DNA of 64,000 nucleotides from Dehalococcoidia bacterium (GTDB lineage: Bacteria; Chloroflexota; Dehalococcoidia; GIF9; AB-539-J10): the NCBI GenBank assembly GCA_046497565.1, contig JAWOFK010000057.1, forward strand, positions 2,096-66,095, read 5' to 3'. The notes under the pieces are model-generated. The model was not told the DNA's origin and ran no database searches. It saw nothing but the letters and a program-made list of their open reading frames with translations. Below are positions 17,372 to 28,106 of the stretch, piece by piece. The translations under genes were made by a program, and so were the position numbers. The first letter of the stretch is position 1; each line of letters starts with the position of its first letter.

Positions 17372-18466
17372 TTGCCTACTTGGGACCGAAGATAAGCAGT
17401 GATGAATCCATCTAGTTCGCCATCCAATACGGCATCAGGATCGTGAACTTCATAATTGGTGCGCAGGTCCTTCACCATTTTATATGGATGGAGCACGTAA
17501 CTTCGGATTTGATTCCCCCAACCCGCTTCGATACGCTCGCCCTTGATCTTGGCTCTTTCTTCCTCCCTTTTCTGATGGTCGAGCTCCAGCAGACGAGAAT
17601 AAAGGATCTTCAGAGCAGCTTCCTTATTTTGATGCTGAGACCTCTGGCCCTGGCAGATAGCCACCAGTCCTGTGGGCAAGTGAGTTATCCTGACAGCACT
17701 GCTTGTCTTCTGCATATGTTGCCCGCCAGGCCCGCTGGACCGGAAAGTATCCACCTTCAGGTCTTCCGGCTCTATCTTGATATCCACTGCCTCTTCAGCC
17801 TCAGGCAGCACTTCCACCAGGACAAAGGATGTGTGGCGGGAATGGTCGGAATCAAAGGGAGAAAGCCGGACCAACCTGTGCACCCCATGTTCACCTTTGA
17901 GATAGCCATAGACATAACTGCCCTTAATCTCCACGATAGCGCTCTTGATACCGGCCTCTTCGCCAGAGGACACATCTAAGACCTCAGCCTCATAATCATG
18001 CCGCTCCGCCCACCGCAAGTACATCCGGAGCAACATGTCGGCCCAGTCCTGAGACTCTGTCCCACCAGCACCGGCATGAAGGGCAAGCATGGCATTGCGA
18101 GCATCATAGTCACCGACGAAGAGCTGTTGACTCTCCAACTGCTCGAACCGGGAACTGAGCTTCTTTAGTTCCAGTTGCAGCTCTCCCTTAAGAGAGTCAT
18201 CATCCTCTCCCATAGCCAGACCAATCATCTCCTGAAGGTCGGTGGCTTTCTTCTCCAGCCCGCGCCAGGCATTAACCAAGTCTTTCTTGACCGCAAGCTG
18301 ACGCATAATAGCCTTAGCCCTGGCCGGGTCGTCCCAGAAATCGGGTCGGGCTGACTCCAGCTCTATCCTGGCAATTTCCCTTTCCTTGCCAGCGATATCA
18401 AAGATGCACCATGATGTCTGAGATTCGACGAAGCAGGGCTTCTAGCTCTTCTTTCTCTTCTTCCAT
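17368..18466 (-). CDS. prfB: peptide chain release factor 2, requires programmed +1 frameshift
   Basis: Frame 0 from ATG 18466 reads MEEEKEELEALLRRISDIMVHL and then TGA. Skipping one base continues DIAGKEREIARIELESARPDFWDDPARAKAIM, which joins the 312-aa ORF. That ORF carries SPF-region sequence and SGPGGQHMQKTSSAVRITHLPTG. Confidence 0.95.
18398..18403 (-). promoter_or_regulatory. RF2 +1 recoding site CTT TGA (followed by T)
   Basis: The forward strand reads TCAAAG at 18398-18403, which is CTTTGA on the coding strand. The frames on either side are both RF2-like. Confidence 0.9.
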
Positions 18467-18536
18467 TCTCGCTCCCTGTATTCAGTTAATATGGTCAGCC
18501 ACATAAATCCCGATGTGATTCTGCCTGTCGCTATAA

Positions 18537-19235
18537 TCAAACGACCTGCGCCGATAGTCCAGGCTCAAAAACCAGTCTGCCCGCGGCAGCGAGGTGAGCC
18601 AGGCGGGTAGGCTCAGGAAGCCTGTAACCACGACAGCATTTCATTACCCATTCCAAAGCCGATGCCAGGTCAATTCTATGCCCCACCGAAACGTATATCG
18701 GCCTTACTCCAGACTTGGTCCTTAACGCTGCGCCAACAAGCTCTCCATTATGAAGTAGTTCAGCATGGGAGCCAGAGTCTTCTCCCACAGGCTGATGCCG
18801 GCCACAAAGAATGGATTTGGCACAGCCTACAGTGGGTACATCGAGAAAAAGCCCCAAATGCGTGGCCAGCCCCAACCTCCTGGGATGGGCAATCCCCTGA
18901 CCATCAACCAGAATGAGGTCGGGAGCGCTGCCCAGTTTTTCACACGCAGCCAGGATCAAGGGACTTTCCCGAAAGGACAATAAGCCGGGAATATAGGGAA
19001 ATGCAATCTTATCTTCAGCTACACTAACTTCGACTACGCTAAGGTCGGGATAACGGAGAACTACCACTGCGCCTCGAGCTACCCCCTGAGCATCAGCAGA
19101 AGATATGTCAACACCGCCAACAAGACGTGGGTTAGTGAGTTTGTTTTCGGTTACCACTTTTCTTGCCAGGCTCAACTGCATTGCTCTGGCTCGAGCCGGG
19201 CTCAACTCCCAGTCATGCAGTGTGTGCACTTTCAT
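18537..19235 (-). CDS. nfi: endonuclease V
   Basis: Motifs include VGGVDIS, FPYIPGLLSFRE and ILVDGQGIAHPRRLGLA. I prefer the ATG at 19235 (MKVHTLHDWEL), which has TATAAT (complement of 19243-19248) 7 nt upstream. Confidence 0.85.
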   Translation of the reverse strand: MKVHTLHDWELSPARARAMQLSLARKVVTENKLTNPRLVGGVDISSADAQGVARGAVVVLRYPDLSVVEVSVAEDKIAFPYIPGLLSFRESPLILAACEKLGSAPDLILVDGQGIAHPRRLGLATHLGLFLDVPTVGCAKSILCGRHQPVGEDSGSHAELLHNGELVGAALRTKSGVRPIYVSVGHRIDLASALEWVMKCCRGYRLPEPTRLAHLAAAGRLVFEPGLSAQVV

Positions 19236-19324
19236 AGCTTGAATTATAAAGCATTTCGCTTTCATAACAAACTTCGCTGCCGCTGATGTATGGCAGAGTG
19301 TTAAACCTTACCAAAATCGCTATA

Positions 19325-19353
19325 TTGTCAAAAAAAAACTACTTTGCTATAAT
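19325..19353 (+). promoter_or_regulatory. sigma-70-type promoter of the ATPase operon
   Basis: TTGTCA (19325-19330), a 17-nt spacer, then TGcTATAAT with the -10 at 19348-19353. It lies 98 nt upstream of the first ATG. Confidence 0.55.
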
Positions 19354-19450
19354 TGTGACTTGCTGAAATGTTTGTCTTGTCGGTTGCAGAAACAGCTTAT
19401 TCGCAAACGTTGCCCAGCAGCAGTCCAGAGAACTATCGAGACGAATTATT

Positions 19451-19762
19451 ATGCCGGAAGAAATCACCAGTAGCGTAGAAGCCATCGAAGTCGAAGCCCA
19501 CAAGATACTAGAAGAGGCGAGGGCCAGAGCCAACCAAATTCTCGTCGAAGCCAGGGAAGAAGCTAACAAGATACTATCGTCTGAGTTGCCGATGGACGAG
19601 GCAAAAGCTTTCTCTGACAAGTTTGTAAGCAGCGCTAAAGCGGAAGCGGAGAAAAAAATCGAGGATTCTGAGAAGAAAGCCGCCGAGATCAGGGCCACCG
19701 CTGATGACAAAGTAAAGGAAATTACCAAGCTCGTCGTGAATATTGTCACGGGCAGAAGTTAA
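19451..19762 (+). CDS. atpH: A/V-type ATPase small coiled-coil stalk subunit (H/G-like)
   Basis: It is 103 aa, Ala/Glu/Lys-rich and helical (EAHKILEEARARANQILVEAREEANKIL), and is the first gene of the operon. Confidence 0.7.
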   Translation: MPEEITSSVEAIEVEAHKILEEARARANQILVEAREEANKILSSELPMDEAKAFSDKFVSSAKAEAEKKIEDSEKKAAEIRATADDKVKEITKLVVNIVTGRS

Positions 19763-19763
19763 C

Positions 19764-21749
19764 ATGCCACCTCTAATCGTCAATACAGCTGACCCTATGG
19801 CCAAAGTCAGGGTCGTGACGACCAAGGATTACTCCACCAAGACCACCAAGACTCTCCATACCGCCGGTGTTCTTCACGTCGAGGAAAGCGAAGAGCTGAA
19901 GCCGGTAGATAAAGAGGCACTTGAAAGGGAAAGAAGAGCAATCGGCGAATTATTGACGGGCATTAACGACGTATTAGCTTACATACCAAAAGGAGAAAGA
20001 GTATCGCTGACAGAAGATGTGAAGGTTATATATACCAGGCCTTTTGACGAAGTCGACAGCGAAGTAAGGTCACTATGCACCAAGCTCAGCAACATGCATC
20101 AAAGCGCCACCAAACTCGACGAGGATGTTAAGGCGCTGACAGAACTGGCCAGGTATCTGGGCTCCCTTGAGCAACAGGCTGACATCAGGTTGGGAGACCT
20201 GAATTTTTCAGGAAGTTATCTTTTTTCCCAAGTCTTTGTGTTTCCCAACGACGTATTTGAAACTTCGTATTCTAAACTCAGAGACTACATACTCGACGAC
20301 GTTTCAGCCACAGTAGAAAACGAGACTGTCTTGTATGCCATTGCCAAAATAGAAGGCCGGGAAACTATAGAGTCCATAGTCAAGGATGCCGGAGGCAAGG
20401 TTTTACCGATACCAGAGGAGAATTTGACCCTGAGGGAATTTCTCGAAGTAGCCGACAGTAGAATTCACAATCTTGAACAGGAGTTGACGAAGCTTCAAGC
20501 CGACATTGAAAGTAAGACCAGAGAGAACCTAGAGAAGCTGGTCCTTTTCCGCGAGGCGTTATCAGCAGAAGCGGAAAGATTAGCAGTCTTAGCTAAAGCC
20601 TCGGAGGCAGAATACGTCACTCTGATCGAGGGGTGGATTCCCGAGAACAATGTCGAAGCTACAATTTCTGAACTCAAGGAGAACATAGGCTACGTGTTTA
20701 TTGACACGAGGAAGCCGGAGCAAGCGGAGGAGCCACCCACCAAAATGAAGAACCCGGCCGCTCTTAAGCCGTTCGAAGTCATTGTGAACCTGTTTGCTAC
20801 GCCAAAGTATAAGGAATGGGACCCCACTCCGATAATAGCGTACTCCTTCGCCCTTTTTTTTGGCCTCATGCTGGGCGACGTAGTGTACGCTGCCCTCCTC
20901 ATGCTATTTGCATACCGCGGACTGCGAATTCTCGTCGACGACCCTGAATCCGAAGGGTTTAAGCTATTTCAAAGGATAATCTACATTAGCGGTGGAGTCG
21001 CCCTGGTCATTGGTATGCTTACCGGAAGCTATTTGGGCAACTTCTACGAGTTCTTCGGAATCGAGAGTTTAGCACTTGCCCAGGCAATTCAAGCAGTTCT
21101 TGCAGACCCCGTGTCGTTCATAGGCATCTCATTATTAATAGGCCTGGTTCACGTGAACACAGCCCATGTGCTCGCACTTATTAGAGGAATAAAGGAGAGG
21201 CAGAAAGCGGTAGTGCCCAACAAAGCCGGTCTATTCATACTTCAGTTCGGTGCCATACCCTTGATTCTGGATATCATACTGGGCATACGTATCCCGGTGT
21301 TAGCTGAACAAACCACCCTGCTAGTTGCCGCGATTATCCTGGGCTTAGTATTAATTGTCGTCTCATCCCTGCTGGAGAAGGGTCCTTTCCTGGGCGGAAT
21401 TTTCTGGCTATTTGACCTGACCGGGATACTGGGCGACGTTATGTCATATGCCAGGCTGGCCGGTGTGGGGCTGGCCACGTATTACCTGGCATACTGCTTT
21501 AACCTCATGGCAGTGTTATTACGCGACATGATGCCGGTCGGAATAGTCCAGGCTATCGTTGGCACATTGATATTCATATTAGTTCTGCTTGTCGGACACC
21601 TGCTTAATCTGGCGCTCAGCGGCATAACGTGTTTCGTCCACTCCCTGAGACTATGCTTTGTGGAGTTCATGTTCAAGTTCTATGACGGAGGCGGCAAGGC
21701 ATACAGCCCGTTTCGGTTGAAACCTCGTCCTGTATCTGTCAAAGTATGA
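19764..21749 (+). CDS. atpI: A/V-type ATPase subunit I (membrane a-subunit)
   Basis: A ~330-aa soluble N-terminal domain is followed by a polytopic C-terminal half with SYARLAGVGLA (the essential Arg region). The start is ambiguous: 19743 in the track, 19764 immediately after the upstream stop, or 19797 (MAKVRVV). Confidence 0.9.
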   Translation: MPPLIVNTADPMAKVRVVTTKDYSTKTTKTLHTAGVLHVEESEELKPVDKEALERERRAIGELLTGINDVLAYIPKGERVSLTEDVKVIYTRPFDEVDSEVRSLCTKLSNMHQSATKLDEDVKALTELARYLGSLEQQADIRLGDLNFSGSYLFSQVFVFPNDVFETSYSKLRDYILDDVSATVENETVLYAIAKIEGRETIESIVKDAGGKVLPIPEENLTLREFLEVADSRIHNLEQELTKLQADIESKTRENLEKLVLFREALSAEAERLAVLAKASEAEYVTLIEGWIPENNVEATISELKENIGYVFIDTRKPEQAEEPPTKMKNPAALKPFEVIVNLFATPKYKEWDPTPIIAYSFALFFGLMLGDVVYAALLMLFAYRGLRILVDDPESEGFKLFQRIIYISGGVALVIGMLTGSYLGNFYEFFGIESLALAQAIQAVLADPVSFIGISLLIGLVHVNTAHVLALIRGIKERQKAVVPNKAGLFILQFGAIPLILDIILGIRIPVLAEQTTLLVAAIILGLVLIVVSSLLEKGPFLGGIFWLFDLTGILGDVMSYARLAGVGLATYYLAYCFNLMAVLLRDMMPVGIVQAIVGTLIFILVLLVGHLLNLALSGITCFVHSLRLCFVEFMFKFYDGGGKAYSPFRLKPRPVSVKV

Positions 21750-21786
21750 ACGCAGTTAAAGAATACTTAAGTAACGGAGGTGTAAG

Positions 21787-22266
21787 ATGCTAATCAGCCC
21801 CGAATCCCTGGCAATCCTGGGAGGTGCCATAGCCCTGGCTGGCGGACTGGCCGGCTCAGCCATGGGCATCGGTACCGCCGGCTCCGCCGGGGCAGCTACG
21901 CTGTCTGAGGAACCGGGACAACTCAGAAATGTGATTCTCCTCGCGTCACTGCCAATGACGCAGACCTTCTATGGTCTCATAACGCTGATACTTATTTTGA
22001 CAACGGTACGTGGGAACCTCGCTGAGGTGGCCAACGGCACCGGCATGGGTTTCGCAGTACTGGGCATCGGTATTATAGTCGCCCTGGCTGAATGGGTTTC
22101 AGCAGCTTACCAGGGCGCGGTGTGCGCTTCCGGTATCTCGCTCTTGCCCAAGACAAAGGGGAGGATACTGACTAACTCCATGATGCTGGCCGTGTTTGTC
22201 GAGCTAATAGGTGTGCTGGGACTGGTGTTTGCCATAATGGCACTGGCTATGTTGGGGCTTTTCTAA
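21787..22266 (+). CDS. atpK: A/V-type ATPase proteolipid subunit K (double hairpin, 4 TM)
   Basis: It is 159 aa, Gly/Ala-rich with 4 TM segments. Carboxylate E139 sits in FVELIG. Confidence 0.9.
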   Translation: MLISPESLAILGGAIALAGGLAGSAMGIGTAGSAGAATLSEEPGQLRNVILLASLPMTQTFYGLITLILILTTVRGNLAEVANGTGMGFAVLGIGIIVALAEWVSAAYQGAVCASGISLLPKTKGRILTNSMMLAVFVELIGVLGLVFAIMALAMLGLF

Positions 22267-22279
22267 AGGATTGATAAGA

Positions 22280-22861
22280 ATGGAAAAAATAAGTGAAGCC
22301 GTTGTCGGCAAAGTGAAGCAGGACGCCCAGAACATAGTAACACAGGCTGAGGAGAAAGCACAGGAAGAGATAGATAAGGCCAAAAAACAGCGAGAGGCGA
22401 GGTTCGAGGAAGAGAAGAGCAGAATGCTGGGAGAGGCAGAGGCGGAGGCGGCCAGAATCCTGGCTCAGGCTTCTATAAAAGCGCGGCAGCAGCTATCGAG
22501 CGCGAAAGCTGACACAATTTCCAAGATGATTGACGGGGCACAGCAGGAATTGTCCCAAATCTCAAGCGACGAAAGTCATTTGCTGAACTTGATTAAAGAA
22601 GCTATGGAAGGCCTGGGTGTGGATAAAGGCAGAATTTACGTTGCTCCCAAAGATGTGAGCACCGCAAAAAAACTCCTTGAAGCGGACAAGAATTTATCCG
22701 GCAAGATAGTGGATATCAGGGAAACCGATTGCCTGGGAGGCGTCATAGCTGAGGATATTGAAGGAAAGCTTAGAATAGACAACACCTACGAAACCAGACT
22801 CGAGATGCTGTTGCCGAAGTTGTTGCCCGAGATAAACAGGAAGCTGTTCGAAGCTCCATAA
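22280..22861 (+). CDS. atpE: A/V-type ATPase subunit E
   Basis: It has a long N-terminal helix (KVKQDAQNIVTQAEEKAQEEIDKAKKQ) and a globular C-terminus. The ATG at 22280 lies 9 nt after AAAGGA; the track start at 22271 is TTG. Confidence 0.85.
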   Translation: MEKISEAVVGKVKQDAQNIVTQAEEKAQEEIDKAKKQREARFEEEKSRMLGEAEAEAARILAQASIKARQQLSSAKADTISKMIDGAQQELSQISSDESHLLNLIKEAMEGLGVDKGRIYVAPKDVSTAKKLLEADKNLSGKIVDIRETDCLGGVIAEDIEGKLRIDNTYETRLEMLLPKLLPEINRKLFEAP

Positions 22862-22870
22862 AGGAACATC

Positions 22871-23905
22871 GTGCTTACTCCAAAATACGCGTTCATATCT
22901 GCTTGTCTGAAAGGCGAGGAACCTAAGACTGTCACCTCCGAACACATAGACAGAATGGCGACAGCGTCTAACATACAGGATGCCCTGGTGGTCATTAGAG
23001 AGACCGGTATAGGTAGCTATCTGGAAGAATTGCCGGTCAGGAGTTTTGATTATCTCGATGAATGCCTGTGGGGTTATCTGGCGCAGCGCATCAAATACGT
23101 AGAATCATTTAAATTCCTGCCCGGAGATGTACTGAAGGTATCCAGAGCATACGTGGTAAAGTATGACGTCTCAAATATCAAAGCTGCCCTGCAAGGCATC
23201 TCGGGTGACAAGAAAGCCCCTATGATACCGGTCGGGGTTATCCACAATCATGGATTGCTGGATGAACTGTTCAACGCCGAGACTGTTGATGACATCATCG
23301 CGCTACTCATCAGGTGCAAACTGGCGGATTATGTGCCTGCCCTGGAACAGTACAAGACAGATAAAGGCACAAAGTCGAAGCTCCTTGTTGAGGCCAGGTT
23401 AGACGCTGAGTACTATAAGGAAATGCTAAACATGGCCAGAAGGATAAAAGACGGCTATGTACTTGCCAAAGCCTTCGGCTTAGTGATAGATCTCACAAAC
23501 CTGCAAATTGCCTCAAGGGCTATCATCGAAGGTGCAGGACTCGATGCTGCCGAATGCACTATTGCCGGGGGATACAGGATTCCGGACAAAGCTATAAGAG
23601 AATTACTACCGCTCAAATTAGCCGACTTGCCCACCAGGCTGGATATCGCCCAATATCAGGATATAGCAAATGAAGTATCTGCCAGCTTCGAGAAGACAAA
23701 GAACATCACGGCTGTAGAAGAGATTATCGATAAGCACAAGTTCAGGATGCTCCAGGACATGTTGTCACCGAGGGTGCTATCCCCTCTGGTTATGGCCTGG
23801 TATCTAATCCTCAAGGAGGTTGAAGTACGGAACTTGAGACTGGTCCTGAAAGCAATAGTCGATGGTGTTCCCGTTCAGGAAATAAAGAATAATCTGGTGC
23901 TGTAA
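22871..23905 (+). CDS. atpC: A/V-type ATPase subunit C (d-like)
   Basis: It is 344 aa and helical, at the expected operon position, with a GTG start after AAAGGA. Confidence 0.8.
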   Translation: MLTPKYAFISACLKGEEPKTVTSEHIDRMATASNIQDALVVIRETGIGSYLEELPVRSFDYLDECLWGYLAQRIKYVESFKFLPGDVLKVSRAYVVKYDVSNIKAALQGISGDKKAPMIPVGVIHNHGLLDELFNAETVDDIIALLIRCKLADYVPALEQYKTDKGTKSKLLVEARLDAEYYKEMLNMARRIKDGYVLAKAFGLVIDLTNLQIASRAIIEGAGLDAAECTIAGGYRIPDKAIRELLPLKLADLPTRLDIAQYQDIANEVSASFEKTKNITAVEEIIDKHKFRMLQDMLSPRVLSPLVMAWYLILKEVEVRNLRLVLKAIVDGVPVQEIKNNLVL

Positions 23906-23906
23906 C

Positions 23907-24260
23907 ATGATGCCTATTAGAAACCTGGATATAGCTGTCATAGGAGACGAAGAACTGGTCAATGGACTGAGATTGGCCGGTATCAGCAATTATTACATGA
24001 TAAAGGACGATCACGATGTCCGTGAAAATGTAAGGAAAGCCGTAACGGAGTTGCTGGCCGAGCCTGATGTCGGTATAGTGATAATGCTGGAGGACTACGC
24101 ACAATATGTCGAAGACGTAGTGGCCCAGGTTAGAAAAGGGAGAAGAATGACTCCCGTAATCATCGAGGTCCCATCGAAGTTTGGCACCAAGCACCCTGAC
24201 GTCAGGGAATATTACAGGGCACTTATCAGAGAATCTATCGGGTTTGAAGTTGAAATCTGA
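23907..24260 (+). CDS. atpF: A/V-type ATPase subunit F
   Basis: It is 117 aa with IAVIGDEELVNGLRLAGI, typical of subunit F. Confidence 0.85.
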   Translation: MMPIRNLDIAVIGDEELVNGLRLAGISNYYMIKDDHDVRENVRKAVTELLAEPDVGIVIMLEDYAQYVEDVVAQVRKGRRMTPVIIEVPSKFGTKHPDVREYYRALIRESIGFEVEI

Positions 24261-24289
24261 AATCATAGCAACAGCAGGAGGTTGAAGAT

Positions 24290-26041
24290 ATGGGCAAAAT
24301 ATGGAGAGTTTCGGGTCCTCTAGTTATAGCCGATGACATGAAGGGTTCCCAGGTCTATGAAGTTGTTGAGATAGGTGAAGAGGGGCTCGTCGGGGAGATA
24401 GTAGGACTGGAAGGGGATAGGGCGATAATTCAAGCACACGAGGATACTTTGGGGTTGAAAACTGGTGAGGTTGTAATAGGGACGGGGAGGATCCTGAGCG
24501 TGGAGCTGGGCCCTGGACTCGTGGGTTCTATCTACGACGGGTTGCAGAAATCCTTGCTTACCCTGGGTGAGAATACCGGCCCGTTCATAAAACGGGGTGT
24601 CAAAGCCTCAGCACTTCCCCGGGACAAGAAATGGCAGTTCACGCCCACAGTCAAGGCGGGGGATGCCGTCAGCCAGGGAGATATAATAGGCACAGTTCCC
24701 GAGACCCACCTGATAGAACACAGGATAATGGTGCCGGCAGGCATCACGGGTACAATAAAGGACATACGCAAAGGAGAATACACCGTTGAAGAGCCTGTAG
24801 CCCGGGTGGAACATGGTGGGGAAGTAAAAGAAATTACGATGATGCAGCAGTGGCCTGTAAGAAAGCCCAGACCCTACAGGCAGAGGTTCGACCCTTCGGG
24901 CTTGCTCACTACCGGCATGCGGATTTTGGATTACATGTTCCCCCTGGCTCTTGGTGGCAAAGCTTCGATACCAGGAGGCTTTGGTACCGGAAAAACCGTC
25001 GCCTTGCAACAGCTGGCCAGATGGGCCCAGACGCATCTGAACATCTACGTCGGCTGTGGCGAAAGGGGTAACGAGATGGCCGACGTGCTTTCTAGCTTCA
25101 GAGAACTCAAGGACCCCAACACAGGAAGGTTATTACAGGAGAAAGAGATCTTTCTGGCTAACACCTCCAACATGCCTGTTGTGGCCAGGGAAGCAAGTAT
25201 TTTCGTCGGCATTACTATGGCCGAGTACTTCCGGGACATGGGCTACGACATTCTGCTGGTTGCTGATTCAACCTCGAGATGGGCTGAAGCCATGAGGGAA
25301 ATGAGCGGAAGACTTGAGGAAATGCCCGGCGAGGAAGGTTTCCCTTCATATATGGGGTCCCGGCTTTCCTCTTTTTACGAAAGGGCAGGGATGGTTCAAT
25401 GCGTGGGCAATCCCGAAAGACAGGGATCAGTAACGGTAGCCGGTGCCGTGAGCCCCCCCGGAGCCGATTTCAGCGAACCGGTCACCCAGAACACACTCAG
25501 AATAATAGATGCCCTGTACGCGTTGGAGGTTTCGCTGGCCAACAAGAGACATTTCCCGGCCATAAGCTGGCTCGCCAGCTACAGCCTTTATGTAGACGCA
25601 GTTAAAGACTGGTGGAATGAGCATGACCCGGGCTGGGAGAATACCAGAGCCAGCGCCCTGAGAGTATTGCAACAGGAGGCTGAACTGGAAGAAATTGTGA
25701 GGCTGGTAGGCCCCGAATCTTTGCCCGAAGGAGACAAATTATTGCTGCTTATCGCCAGGATGATACGCGAGGACTTTCTCCAGCAAAGCGCCTATCATGA
25801 AGTTGACACCTACTGTATGCCGGCAAAAGCCGGCCTCATGCTCAAAACCATAATGAAGTTCTACGAACTGGCCCAGGAGATGCTGAATTCCGGTTCAGGT
25901 ATTGAGAGCATCCGCTCATCGCCCATGGTCTACAGAATATCAAGGATGAAGGATATACCCAACGAGGACTCTGAACAGAGAGTCAAGGAATTGTGGTCGG
26001 AGATGGAACAAAGCCTGGTAACTGGCAAACGGGTTCCCTGA
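24290..26041 (+). CDS. atpA: A/V-type ATPase catalytic subunit A
   Basis: The P-loop is GGFGTGKTV. Other motifs are GERGNEM and DSTSRWAEA. At 583 aa there is no intein. Confidence 0.95.
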   Translation: MGKIWRVSGPLVIADDMKGSQVYEVVEIGEEGLVGEIVGLEGDRAIIQAHEDTLGLKTGEVVIGTGRILSVELGPGLVGSIYDGLQKSLLTLGENTGPFIKRGVKASALPRDKKWQFTPTVKAGDAVSQGDIIGTVPETHLIEHRIMVPAGITGTIKDIRKGEYTVEEPVARVEHGGEVKEITMMQQWPVRKPRPYRQRFDPSGLLTTGMRILDYMFPLALGGKASIPGGFGTGKTVALQQLARWAQTHLNIYVGCGERGNEMADVLSSFRELKDPNTGRLLQEKEIFLANTSNMPVVAREASIFVGITMAEYFRDMGYDILLVADSTSRWAEAMREMSGRLEEMPGEEGFPSYMGSRLSSFYERAGMVQCVGNPERQGSVTVAGAVSPPGADFSEPVTQNTLRIIDALYALEVSLANKRHFPAISWLASYSLYVDAVKDWWNEHDPGWENTRASALRVLQQEAELEEIVRLVGPESLPEGDKLLLLIARMIREDFLQQSAYHEVDTYCMPAKAGLMLKTIMKFYELAQEMLNSGSGIESIRSSPMVYRISRMKDIPNEDSEQRVKELWSEMEQSLVTGKRVP

Positions 26042-26057
26042 GAAAAGGAGGCCTCTT

Positions 26058-27455
26058 ATGGATTTTTTACCACTTTACGTTAAAGAAGGAAGAGCAATTA
26101 GTAGTGCTAAGGGAGCTTTGCTCGTAGCTGAGAGCATTCCCGGCATAAAATTCAATGAGATAGTTGATGTTCACCTTGGGAATGGTGAAGTTAAAAGTGG
26201 TCAGGCAATAGACATCAGTGAGAAGGCAACTATAGTCCAGGTATTTGGCGGGGTCAGCGAAGTGGACCTCGTCGGCAGCAAGATAAGATGTAAAGGCGAG
26301 ACTTTAAAGCTGCCGGTATCTATTGACATTCTGGGCAGAATCTTCAATGGTATGGGAGAACCCATAGACGGAGGCCCGCGCATAATCCCCGAAGATTACC
26401 TGGATATTAACGGTGAACCAATAAACCCCGCCACCCGCCAGCCCCCAGCCGAGTTTATTGAAACTGGAATCTCGGCGATAGATGGCCTGAACGCATTAGT
26501 TAGAGGACAGAAATTGCCCATATTTAGCGGTTCGGGCCTACCGCACAACCGGATTGTAGCTCAAATACTGAGGCAAGCAACCGTAAAGGGCAAGGAGGAA
26601 AGGTTCGCTCTGGTATTTGCCGCTCTTGGCATCAGTTACGATGATGCCTCGTATTTCATGAGGGATCTAGAGAGGACAGGCGCACTGGAGAGAACTGTGG
26701 CCTTCATCAATACCGCGTCCGACCCCGTTATCGAGCGGATATCGACACCGAGGTTGGCTTTAACCGCAGCCGACTATCTGGCATGGAAACATAATATGCA
26801 TGTGCTGGTCATACTTACCGACATGACCAATTATTGCGAATCTCTCCGCGAACTTTCTTCTATGCGTGAAGAGATACCCTCCAGAAGGGGATATCCCGGG
26901 TATATGTACACCGACCTTGCCACGATGTATGAGAGAGCAGGCAGGATTTCCGGAAGAGAAGGCTCGGTAACTATAATGCCCATTCTGACCATGCCTGACG
27001 ACGACATAACGCATCCCATACCCGACCTTACCGGCTACATAACTGAGGGACAGATTGTTCTGTCACGAAATCTGGAAAGAAAAGGGGTATACCCACCAAT
27101 AGATGTGTTCTTATCCCTTTCGCGAATGATGAAAGAGGGAATTGGGCCTGATAAGACCCGAGAGGACCATAACAACGTCTTCATGCAGTCCTATGCTGCC
27201 TATGCTGAAGGATGTTATCTCAGGGAGATATCCACCATCATAGGTGCTGAGGCGTTGGGTGAAAGGGACAAGATATATTTGACCAGCGCAGACGAGTTCG
27301 AGAGGAAATTCATATCTCAAGGGGAGTGGGAGAAGAGGATGGTAGAGGATACCCTGGATATAGCCTGGGGGCTGTTTTCAGCACTGCCTGAAGAAGACTT
27401 GAAACTAATTAAAGAGGAGTTCATCAAGAAGTACCTTCCCCGGTACCGGAAGTAA
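26058..27455 (+). CDS. atpB: A/V-type ATPase subunit B
   Basis: The sequence SGSGLPHN replaces a P-loop. Other motifs are [12 protein letters not shown] and [11 protein letters not shown]. Confidence 0.95.
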   Translation: MDFLPLYVKEGRAISSAKGALLVAESIPGIKFNEIVDVHLGNGEVKSGQAIDISEKATIVQVFGGVSEVDLVGSKIRCKGETLKLPVSIDILGRIFNGMGEPIDGGPRIIPEDYLDINGEPINPATRQPPAEFIETGISAIDGLNALVRGQKLPIFSGSGLPHNRIVAQILRQATVKGKEERFALVFAALGISYDDASYFMRDLERTGALERTVAFINTASDPVIERISTPRLALTAADYLAWKHNMHVLVILTDMTNYCESLRELSSMREEIPSRRGYPGYMYTDLATMYERAGRISGREGSVTIMPILTMPDDDITHPIPDLTGYITEGQIVLSRNLERKGVYPPIDVFLSLSRMMKEGIGPDKTREDHNNVFMQSYAAYAEGCYLREISTIIGAEALGERDKIYLTSADEFERKFISQGEWEKRMVEDTLDIAWGLFSALPEEDLKLIKEEFIKKYLPRYRK

Positions 27456-27472
27456 AATCAAGTAGAGAAGCA

Positions 27473-28102
27473 ATGCCGGATATAATCAAAGTTAGACCTA
27501 CCAAAATTGAGCTGGTTAAACTAAAACGCAGGCTTTACCTGGCCCAGAGAGTCCAAAAGATATTGAAGGACAGGCTTTCCATATTAACCATGGAGTTCTT
27601 GCAGACGGCCAGAGAGACAGTGGAGGCCAAGAGAATACTTCTTGACGAATTAACTAAGCTTTATAAGGCGTTATCAATCGCCGCCGGGTATCACGGGTAC
27701 ATAGCCCTGGAAAAGGAGCTGATAGCCTCTGAGTCTGATTTGCAGGTCACCGCTGGCTCGAGAAACATCGCAGGTGTGCGAATTCCGTCTTTCGAGCTCA
27801 TGAGCAACGAGAAGTCACTGAGAGACTATAATCTGGTTGATACTTCCTCGTGGTTGGACCGTGCAGCGCAACTATCTGAAGAATGTCTTAAACCTATTGT
27901 GGAATTAGCTGAGCTTCAGAGGAGTTTTGAATTACTGGCAATGGAAATAAATAGGACAAAAAGGATAACTAATGCTTTAGAATATATAGTAATCCCGGGC
28001 TTACAGGTGACCATCAATTATCTAAATATGAAGTTTGAGGAACGGGATAGGGAAGAGAAAGCGCGGCTGAAACGTGTAAAGGTGCTGGTCGGTCGAGGAT
28101 AG
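27473..28102 (+). CDS. atpD: A/V-type ATPase subunit D
   Basis: The N-terminus reads VRPTKIELVKLKRRL, followed by long coiled-coil helices. It is 209 aa. Confidence 0.9.
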   Translation: MPDIIKVRPTKIELVKLKRRLYLAQRVQKILKDRLSILTMEFLQTARETVEAKRILLDELTKLYKALSIAAGYHGYIALEKELIASESDLQVTAGSRNIAGVRIPSFELMSNEKSLRDYNLVDTSSWLDRAAQLSEECLKPIVELAELQRSFELLAMEINRTKRITNALEYIVIPGLQVTINYLNMKFEERDREEKARLKRVKVLVGRG

Positions 28103-28106
28103 ACAA

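Noticed and set aside
24290-26041. Intein in the ATPase A subunit
   Set aside because: The length (583 aa) and contiguous motifs ([25 protein letters not shown]) are those of an intein-free subunit.
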